64,000 nucleotides of DNA from a virus (lineage: Duplodnaviria > Caudoviricetes), in IMG/VR virus record IMGVR_UViG_3300029305_011823; one strand, given 5' to 3'. The notes beneath the pieces were generated by a model that did not search any database, had not been told where the DNA came from, and worked only from the letters and a program-made list of their open reading frames with translations. The position numbers and the translations under genes were made by a program. Below are positions 49,981 through 61,900 of the stretch, one piece after another (position 1 is the stretch's first letter; each line of letters opens with the position of its first letter).

Positions 49981-52900
49981 ATGGCTGATATAGCAAAATA
50001 TAAATTTAATAGTGATACTGATGTTTTACCTATATTCGGTGATATTAATTTCGAATACACTTATACAGATGAAATAGGTAGCGATGGTACTATTACAAGA
50101 ACAATAGTTGCTAACAGTTCTCCTAATAGTATAAAATTCACTGAAAAAACGGGATTAATTTCAGTTGAATTTATAGATATGACTGAAATAACAAGTTGTG
50201 CTGAAATGTTTAAAGATTGTATCAACCTAACATATGTTGATTTTAATAGTGTTAATACTAGCAAAGTAACTGACATGAGAAGTATGTTTGAAGGTTGTAG
50301 TGGATTTTTATCAATAGATTTATCAGGATTAAATACTGGGAATGTATTAGATATGACAAATATGTTTAGAGGATGTAGTAATGTGTTCTCTATAGATACA
50401 AGCATGATAAATGTGAGTAAAGCAACAAGTTTAAATAGTATGTTCCAAGGATGTGCTAATATTACAGGTATAAGTTTACAAGGTTGGAATTTATCTAATG
50501 TTGTAAATATGGGTTGGATGTTTGACGGTTGTACTAACTTATTATCTGTAATTTTAAAAGGTGTTAATATACCTAATTCAGCTACAATAACAGATATGTT
50601 TAAAGATTGTATAATTTTAAATAACGTAAACATGGATAATTGTAGTGTAGAAGATATTAATAAAATGATGAGAGTTCTACCTGAAAGAACTGATGGAAGA
50701 GATTATAAATTAAAAACAAATTTAGCTGATGTGAGTGGAATAAATACTGAAGACTTAGAAGCTAAAGGTTGGAGATTAGCAACTTATGAAATAGTTCTTA
50801 GATATAAATTTGATAAAAGTATATATGCTAATTTAATACCAGAATTTAATAGTAATTTTATAGATTATGTGGTAATAGATGAAGTAGTTGAAGGGAATAT
50901 AGTAACTAGAGCTATAGGTCATGAGAATTTAAAACCTACAAAAATTTATTTTGGTAGCCCTTATACAGAATTAAATTCACAATTCCCAAAATCTAATTCA
51001 TTGTTATCAATTGAACATTTAGATCCTAGTAATCTTTATGATGTAAGAGGTATGTTTAGATATTGTAGAAATTTAACTTCAATAGATGTAACTAATTGGG
51101 TTACTACAAAAATTACAAGTTTATGGGATATGTTCTCTTTATGTACAAATTTACAAGAAATAATAGGGCTTGAAACATGGGATACTAGTAATGTTGATAG
51201 TTTAAACGCAACATTCCATGGTTGTAATAATCTATCATACATAGGAGATATATCTGGTTGGCAAACTGGAAAAGTACATGACATGGCTTACTTATTTAGT
51301 GCATGTTATAATTTAACTTCAATAGATATAAGTAACTGGGACACTAGTATTGTAACTACAATGTATTATATGTTTAACTCGTGTCGTTCTTTAGTATCAT
51401 TAAACGTACAAGGAATAGATGTTGGTAACGTAAATAATATGGCTAATATGTTTAGTCAATGTAATAAATTAACTACAATAGATGTAAGTGGTTGGGATAC
51501 TAAAAATGTAACTAATATGAGTTTTATGTTCTCAAAATCTATTGCTTTAATACAAATTATCGGAATAGAAAATTTCATTACTAGTAAAGTAACTAATATG
51601 CAAGATGTATTCGGAGGTTGTCTTGCTTTAAGATCATTAAATTTAAGTAATTGGGATGTTAGTAAAGTAACTCACTTTAATGGGACATTCAATGATTGTA
51701 ATAGTCTTACAGAATTAAATGTTAGTAGCTGGGTAACAACTAGTGCACAATATATGCAAGCAATGTTCTTTGGTTGTCATAATTTACTTTCATTAGATTT
51801 AAGTAACTTTGTTACTACTAATGTATTAGATATGACTCAAATGTTTGATAGATGTTGGGTTATTACAGAAATAAAAGGACTTGAAAATTGGAACGTTGGT
51901 AAAGTAACTAGTATGAGATATTTATTCTCAGCTTGTCATAAAGTAACCGAATTGAATGTTAGTAATTGGAATGTTGAAAAAGTAACAAATATGGAATATA
52001 TGTTCTACTGCTGTGAACGATTGACGTTATTAGATTTAAATAATTGGAATCCTACTAGGGTCCAAAATATGTCTAATATGTTTAAATTTTCTTCTGGATT
52101 ACAATCAATAAGTTCATCTAACTGGAATACTGATAGTTTAACAACTATAAATAGCATTTGTTATGGTTGCAATAATTTAACTACATTAGATGTAAGTAAT
52201 TGGAATACTAGTAAAGTGAATGATATGAATAGTGCTTTCCACCAATGTTATAATTTAACTACATTAGATGTAAGTAATTGGGATACTAGTAATGTAACTA
52301 ATATGAATAGTCTTTTCTCAGAATGTAATAAAGTAAATGGATTAGATGTAAGTAATTGGGACGTTAGTAAAGTTGAGCATTTATCAGGTATATTTAAAGA
52401 TTGCTATAAATTATCTTCATTAGATGTAAGTAGATGGAATACTAGCAGTGCTATAAGAACACACATGCTATTCTATGGATGTAACTCTTTACAATCATTA
52501 GATGTAAGTAATTTTAATACTAGTAAGGCTAGTTTAATGAGAGGAATGTTTGGAAGTCTTCAATCAATAACAATGTTAGATTTATCTAGTATAGATACTT
52601 CATCAGTTACTAATGATACATTTGCTGATTATATGTATAGTATGTATAATCTTAAAACACTTATTTTAGGAGAAAAATCTTTAGCTAAGCATATAGATAC
52701 TTGGGATGAAACGTTTGATTATGAACATCAAATTACACCATTCCCAGTGTTAGAAAGATTAGTATGTCCTGATGAAGAAACTATAGAAAGAATATCTAAA
52801 TACTTACCAGATCGTTCTACAGCTGTAAACCCTGGTGTTATAGTAACAAATGCTACAATATCAGATGAAGCAATGAATACTATCTCTGGTAAAAACTGGT

Positions 52901-55900
52901 CTTTAAGAAAAATGGTTGCTCAATATAAATTTGACGCTGTTACTTATGAGAACTTAATACCTGAGTTCAATGCTGAGTTTACTGAATCTGATTATGTGAT
53001 TACTGACAGTGTAAGTGAATCTGTTATAGATAATATACAATGGATTGATGGTTATGCATTAACTGCAGATACTGGTGCACTTACTAATGATGATGAATCG
53101 CATGTATCTGATTTTATCGTAATTCAACCAAATGTTGCTTATAGAGTAAATCAACCAACATATGTTTATTGGTATGATGAAAATAAAGCATTCATAAATA
53201 ATGATTATGTGAGTGAAGAAGATTATAATGCAGGAAATGATAATATGGTATCTCCTGTAAATGCTAGATATGTAAGATTTACTCAATACAGTTATAGAGA
53301 AGGATTAGAAGTTGAAAGTAAAGTAGTAACTAGAACTATTGAAAGTGTAGCTGGTAAATTACCTACATTTATGAGATTTGGTGGTGTTACTGATCTTGTA
53401 GACGTATTCGATAGACCGTATAGTTTACTAGAAATATGCAATTTAAATACTGAAAATATAAATTCTATGCACTCTATGTTCCATTATTGTAAAAGATTGA
53501 CTAAAGTAAATAGTATAAATTGGAATACCAATAAAGTAACTAATATGTTTGATATGTTTAGTGAATGTCATTCATTATCTTCATTAGATGCAAGTAAATG
53601 GAATACTGGTAATGTAACTACTATGAGTCACATGTTCCATAAATGTCATTCAATATCTTCGATAGGAGACGTAAGTAATTGGAATACTGGTAAAGTAACT
53701 ACTATGTATTCTATGTTCAATAGTTGTTATTTATTAACTTCATTAGATGTAAGTAAATGGAATACTAGTAATGTAACTGATATGAGTAATATGTTTAGAT
53801 CTATGGTATCAATTACAACTTTAGATATAAGTAACTGGGACACTAGTAAAGTAACTAATATGGCTTATATGTTTGCTAATTGTAAATCATTAACTTCATT
53901 AGATGTAAGCAATTTTGATACTAGTAATGTAACTAATATGAATTTTATGTTCTATAATTGTAATAAATTAACTTCATTAGATGTGAGTAGATGGGTTACT
54001 AGTAATGTAAATGATATGCAAGGTGTGTTCCATAGTTGTAAATTATTAACTTCATTAGATGTAAGTAACTGGGATACTGGTAATGTAACTAGTATGTTTG
54101 AATTGTTCCAAAATTGTAATAATTTAACTTCATTAGATGTAAGTAATTGGGATACTAGTAATGTAACTGATATGAAGTATATGTTCAGATGTTGTTATAA
54201 TTTAACTTCATTAGATGTAAATAATTGGGATACTAGTAAAGTAACTGATATGGGTTATATGTTTGACGGATGTCATTCATTAACTTCATTAGATGTAAGT
54301 AATTGGGATACTGGTAATGTAGAATATATGGGTTATATGTTCAATGCTACAGATGGATATTCAATGAGTTTAACTTCATTAGATCTAAGTAAATGGGATA
54401 CTAGTAAAGTAACTAGTATGCCTAATATGTTTGAACAATGTGACAGTATAGAAAGACTTAATCTAAGTAATTGGGATACTAGTAAAGTATATATTATGCA
54501 ATATTTATTTAGTTATTGTAGATCATTAACTTCATTAGATATAAGTAATTGGAGTTTAGCTAATGTAAATTCAATGCCAGGTATGTTTTTAAATACTGAT
54601 AATTTAAGACTTATAAAATGTGATAATCCAGCTACAGTGAATATTATAGCTCAATACCTTATGGATAGAACTTCACAAGAAAAAGCTGGTATGATAGTAA
54701 TAGACGACACTGAAGGATTAGATACTACTGCACTTACTGCTAAAAACTGGACTGTTGTTCCTACATCAGCTCAACATATAGTTGCTGAGTATAAATTCAA
54801 TAAAGACTTAGCAGATTTAATGCCTGAATTAAATCCTGAGTTTGATGCTTATTTCGTTTATGATGAATATAACGATACTGAAGCAATTGAGACAACTGGA
54901 TATGAAACTATGATGTTATTTAATGCTGATAGTGAACCTGATGAGGACGGAGTAATAACTGCAGAAACTGAAGTAGAAGTTGTGAATACTGTGGAAGCTG
55001 GTAATATAGTTACTAGAAAAATAGTAAGTTATGGTGATGATTTACCTACATTGATGAGATTTGGTGGTTTAGGTGATAGTGCTGTTGAATATAATAGAGC
55101 AAAATCTCTAATAAGAATAGAACAACTAGACACTACAGGATTAACTACTATGCATCATATGTTTAGAATGTGTGAAAATGTAGTATATATTAATAATAAC
55201 AATTGGAATATTACTAATGTAACTACTATGCAAGGTGCTTTTTTAGGTTGCTATAATTTAACTTCATTAGATGTAAGTAATTGGGATACTAGTAGTGCAA
55301 CTGTTATGGGTGGTATGTTCCGTGATTGTAATGCATTAACTTCATTGGATGTAAGTAATTTTGATACTAGTAAAGTAACTGATATGAGTTATATGTTCTA
55401 TGACTGTTATTCATTAACTTCATTAGATGTAAGTAATTTTAATACTAGTAATGTAACTACTATGAATCGTATGTTCTATAAATGTAGTAATTTAACTTCA
55501 TTAGATTTAAGTAATTTTGATACTAGTAAAATAACTAATATGGCTTATATGTTCAATGCTTGTTATAATTTAACTTCATTAGATGTAAGTAAATGGCAAA
55601 CAGGAAGTCTAATATATATGAATAGTATGTTCAATGCTTGTCATAATTTAACTTCATTAGACTTAAGCAACTGGAATGTTAGTAATGTAACTGATATGCA
55701 AGGTGCATTTGGTGGTTGTAAATTATTAACTACATTAGGTGATATCAGTAATTGGAATGTTGGTAAAGTAACTAATGTATATGATATGTTTGGATATTGT
55801 AAGAGCCTAGTATCATTAGACTTAAGTAATTGGAATACTGACAGTTTAACTAATATGAGTCATTTTATATATGGTGCAGACAAACTAGAAGAAATATATT

Positions 55901-58900
55901 TAAGTGACTGGAATGTTAGTAAAGTATGGACTATGTTTAACGCATTTATGGACTGTTATAAATTAGCTACAATAGACGTAAGTAGTTGGGTTACTACTAA
56001 ATTAGAAAATACACAAGCTATGTTTGCAAAATGTAGTTCTTTAACATCATTAAATTTAAGCAACTGGGATGTTAGTAAAGTAACTAATATGTCAAATATG
56101 TTCAACAATTGTACTGCATTAACAACAGTGGGTGATTTAAGTGGATGGACTACTACTAACTTAGCAAACTTAGACAGAACATTTACAAATTGTAAAGCAT
56201 TAACTTCATTAGATATAAACAACTGGAATACTAGTAAAGTAACTCAGATGCAATATTTATTCAGTAATTGTGAAAGTTTAACTTCATTGAATTTAAATAA
56301 ATGGGATACTAGTAAAGTAACTGATATGACAGCAATGTTCCGTAATTGTTATTTATTGTCATCACTTGATATTAGTAACTTTAATACAATTAATGTTATG
56401 AGCTTGAGCTATATGTTCCATCAATGTAAATCACTAACATCGCTAAATGTAAGTAGTTTTGATACTTCTAATGTCAATAGAATGTATGCTACGTTCTGGG
56501 ACTGTCGATCATTAACTTCATTAGATGTAAGTAATTTTGATAATAGCAAAGTAACTGATATGGGAAGCTTTGTAGGTTCTTGTATAGCATTGAAATCACT
56601 TAACTTAGGTAATGTGGTTATCAATTCTTCTAATATAAACGATAATAGATTATTGCTAAATAACACAGATCTAGAAGAGTTATATGTTAATGATAAAGGA
56701 ACGTTAGATTACATATTACCGTTCTTACCTAATAGAACTGAAAAAGCTGTTGGTAAAATAGTTACTTCAATAAGAAGTCAAATACCACAAGAAACTCTTG
56801 CAGTTTTAACATCTAAAAACTGGGTAATTTATGATGTAGTTGCTCAATACTTATACGATTCTTCTCGTTATGCAAACTTATTACCTGAGTTCAATGCAGA
56901 GTATACTTCAGATAAATACGTTGTTACTGATGTTGACCGTAGTCAATCATTAAAAGTTACTAGATGGGAAGCTGGTATATTAGATGCGAATGGAGCAAAT
57001 ACTACAAGTACTGATTATCCAAATGCTATGAGAAGTGATTTTATAAAAATAAGAGCTGCTAAGTACACATTCAATATAGACTATTGTCAAGTATATTGGT
57101 ATGATGAAAATAAAAACTTAGTTGCTAATAGTGGTGTATATGGAACTAATAGTGGAATACAAAACGGAAAGGTATGTGAAGCACCTATAGGAGCTAGATA
57201 TTTAAGAATATATAGAGCTGTAGGTAAAACTGATTGTAGTATAGATTGTAGTTTAATAGAAAGAACTATTGAAAGTGTAAATGGTGAGTTACCAACTAAG
57301 ATGTCATTTGGTATAGCTGATGGTGATGATCGTTCACGAGCATTAATAGAATTAATACAAGCGAATGTTTCCGAACTTACTACAATGATTGCAATGTTTG
57401 ACACATGTGATCGTATGAGTTTTTGTAATACTGCAAATTGGGATACTAGTAAAGTAACTGACATGGCATGTATATTCTCAGCTTGTAATAATTTAACTTC
57501 ATTAGATGTAAGTAATTGGGATGTTAGTAACGTAACTGATATGAGACTTATGTTCTGTAGATGTTATATTTTATCTTCATTAGATGTAAGTAAATGGGAT
57601 ACTAGAAATGTAACTGATATGTATGCTATGTTCTATAATTGTAATAATTTAACTTCATTAGATGTAAGTAATTTTGATACTAGTAAAGTAACTAATATGA
57701 ATAGTATGTTCTATAATTGTAATAATTTAACTTCATTAGATGTAAGTAATTGGAATACTGAAAGCTTGTCAGGTACTGGAGCACAATATTTATTCTATGG
57801 ATGTAGTAATTTAACTTCATTGGATTTAAGTAATTGGAAAGTTGATAATCTAACATCATTCCATTGTATGTTCCACGGTTGCTCAAAATTATCAACTATA
57901 GGTAACGCGGGTAATTGGAAAACTGGTAAGTCACAATCTTTTGAGCAAATGTTCAATGGATGTGGTATATCATCATTAGATGTGTCTAATTGGACTACTG
58001 ATTACGTATTTAATATGTACGCAATGTTCCATGGATGCTCTAATTTGGCTACAATAAAAGGAATAGGTAAATGGAACGTGTCAAGAACTCATTCGCTACA
58101 TAATATGTTTACAAACTGTAGTTCATTATTATCATTAGATTTAAGTAATTGGAATCCAGCAGCAACTAATTTATTTGGATTTTTATATGGTTGTAATAAA
58201 TTAGTATCGCTTGATATAACTAATTGGGATATGTCAAATGTGAATAATTTTAATAGTTTTACATATAATTGCAGTGCTTTAAAATATGTTAAATGTAATA
58301 CTGTTAATAGTATAAATAAATTAATGGGAAAAGGTTTACCAACAAGACCAGCAAATGACTCAGGTTTAATAATCTGTAATGCAGATACTACAAACCTAGA
58401 TGTCGCAGCGTTAAATGCTAAAAACTGGAGAATTGCTACTGCAACTGATATAGTAACTGTTGCTCAATACAAATTCGATAAGTCTATATGTGAAGACTTT
58501 ATGCCTTATTTTAACGATGGTGCTAATTATCCTGTATTTGTAAGAGATGAAGTGGATGGAAATATTGTTACTAGAACGTTAGAAATAGTAAATGGTATGG
58601 AATTACCTAATGAGGTTACTTTTGGAATTAAAAGTACTAATGCTGATGACCGCACTAATAGGGAACAATCTTTATATGAAGTATTGTATGTAAATACAAA
58701 AAATATAAATAATATGCAATATATGTTCAATTATTGTCAATATTTGACTACAGTTAATACTGATGGATGGGATACTAGTAAAGTAATTAATATGAAATAT
58801 ATGTTTAGAGCTTGTAATCTATTAACTTCATTAGATGTAAGTAATTTTGATACTAAAAATGTAGGTAATATGCAAGGTATGTTTACTGCATGTAAAGTAA

Positions 58901-61900
58901 TAAATACATTAGATGTAAGTAAATGGGATACTAGTAATGTAACTAGAATGGATTCTATGTTCCGTGATTGTACTGATTTAACTACAATAAATCTAAGTAA
59001 TTTTAATACTGGTAAAGTAACTACTATGGATAGTATGTTCTATGGTTGTAGTAATTTATCATTATTAAACGTAAGTAATTTTAATACTGGTAAAGTAACT
59101 AATATGATTAATATGTTCTATAGTTGTAGTAATTTATCATCATTAGATTTAAGTAATTGGGATACTAGTAAAGTAGATAATATGGCTTATATGTTCAAAA
59201 ATTGTAATAAATTAACTTCATTAGATGTAAGTAAATTTAATACTAGTAATGTAATTAATATGTATTGTATGTTCGATTATTGTGAATCATTAACATCATT
59301 AGATGTAAGTAATTGGGATACTAGTAAAGTAATTAATATGAAATATATGTTTAGAGCTTGTAATCTATTAACTTCATTAGATGTAAGTAATTGGAATACT
59401 AGTAATGTAACTAGTATGGCTAATATGTTCTGTAATTGTAATAATTTAACTTCATTAGATGTAAGTGGTTTTGATACTAGTAAAGTGACTAGTTTGCATA
59501 GTATGTTCTGGGGTTGTCATAAATTAACAACAATAGATGTAAGTAATTGGGATACTAGTAATGTAACTAGTTTCTATGCTTTATTCCACCAATGTTATGT
59601 AATGACAACGCTAGATGTAAGTAACTTTGATACTAGTAAAGCAACAGAATTACATTTCTTTGCTTCATATAATGGTGCAACAATAATGAATCTTAATAAT
59701 ATAAAATTCAGAGAAGCTGATTATAGTATATTAGTATCAACAAAAGTTGAAAAAATGTATTTAAATAGTTTAGAAACATTAAATAAAGTATTGGAATATC
59801 TACCAGACAGAACAGGAAAAGAATCAGGTAAACTTGTTACTTCATTAAGAAACAAAATACCAGAAGAAACACTTGCAGCTTTAACTGCTAAAAACTGGGA
59901 AATAGTTGACATAGTTGCTCAGTACAGATTCGACGCTAACAAATATGAAAACTTATTACCTGAGTTCAATGCTGAGTTTACTGCTGATAAGTATAGAGTA
60001 ATAGATGATGTTCATGAGTATGTTGTTGATGATATACAATGGAAAATCGGTTATATAAATATGCAGGGTGAATTACATTCATCTACAGATACTATGATAA
60101 GTAGTTATATACCATGTGAAAATGCAGCAGTATATGTATTCGATACACCTATTAATGTTCATTGGTTTGATGGTGATAAAAAATATATTGGTATAAGTCA
60201 AAATTCAAATAACACATATCCTAGAGCAATACCAAAACCAATTAGTGCTAAATATTTCATAGTAAGTAGATTTATAACAACAGGAGAGGCTTTAAATATT
60301 TCATATAAACTAGTAAATAGAACTATAGAAAGTGTAAATGGAGATTTACCTACATTAATGAGATTTGGATTACACGCAAATTATGCATATACTCAATACA
60401 CAGATAGAGAAACGTCTTTATTGGAAGTTTATGCGTTAAATACAAATGAAATAACAAATATGTCTCAAATGTTTAGACAATGTAGAAATTTAGCACATAT
60501 TAGAACATCTGAAATAGATACTAGTAAAGTAACTGATATGCAATTTATGTTCCAAACATGTATGAAATTAAAATATGTTGATGTAAGTAATTGGGATACT
60601 AGTAAAGTAACTACTATGGATAATTTATTCCAAGATTGTCAATCGATAACTTCATTAGATGTAAGTAATTGGAATACTAGTAATGTAACTATAATGCAAA
60701 GTACGTTTGGTAGTTGTAAAAAATTAACTTCAATAGATGTAAGTGGATGGGATACTAGTAAAGTAACTAATATGCACAATATGTTTGGAATATGTCAATC
60801 ATTAACTTCATTAGATTTAAGTAATTTCGATACTAGTAAAGTAAATGATATGAATAATATGTTCTATAATTGTCAATCATTAACTTCATTAGATGTAAGT
60901 GGATGGGATACTAGTAGTTTAAGAGATATGGGTAATATGTTTAAAGATTGTAAAAAATTAACTTCAATAGATATAACTGGTTTTGATACTAGTAAAGTAA
61001 CTAATATGCATGCTATGTTTGCTTTCTGTGATTCATTAATAAACCTTAATATAAGTAATTTTAAATATGATAGTATAGATACAAGTGATTATATGAATTC
61101 AAGTAGTATGATCTCAAGTAATGGTGATACAAAATTAGTTTCATTAAATTTACCAAAAGCAGATTTACCTGATAGTATAGTTGGAATTATACTTAACAGA
61201 AATGGGCTTAAATATGTTAAATGTGAAAACAAAAATAACATTACTAAGATAATTTCACATCTTCCAGCAAGAACATCAGCAGACCCAGGTAAGATAATAA
61301 CTAAAGTTCCTATGTCACAATTTACTGAACTTGAAATACAAGCATTAGCTGATAAAAACTGGACTATAAGTAATGAAGCTTTACAAGTAGTTGCTAAGTA
61401 TAGATTTGCTAAAGATCTTTACAGAAGTTTAATACCTGCATTTAACTCAGGTTTCACAACTAATTACTTTGTAGATGATGAATATTTGAATACTGAAGAT
61501 TTAACTGATATGTATGGAAAAGATTATAACCAAGGATACACTATAACTGCAGAAAACATAGTTACTAGAACTATAAGTGTTCTTGAAGAGGAAGTATTAC
61601 CAACTAGAATTACATTCGGTACGAGTTGGTTTACTAATAGTACCTTAGTTGATGAAAGACCTAAAGCTATATCTTTACTAGAATCAATAGAAATTAATAC
61701 AAATAATTTATCAAGTATGGCTTATATGTATAGATTATGCTACAATGTTAAAAATATAAGTACTGAAGGCTGGGATACTAGTAAAGTAGTTGATATGAAA
61801 TGTGCATTTGCTAATTGTTATAATTTATTATCGATAGATGTAAGTAATTTCGATACTAGTAATGTATTGAATATGTATAGTATGTTCTATATTAATAGAA

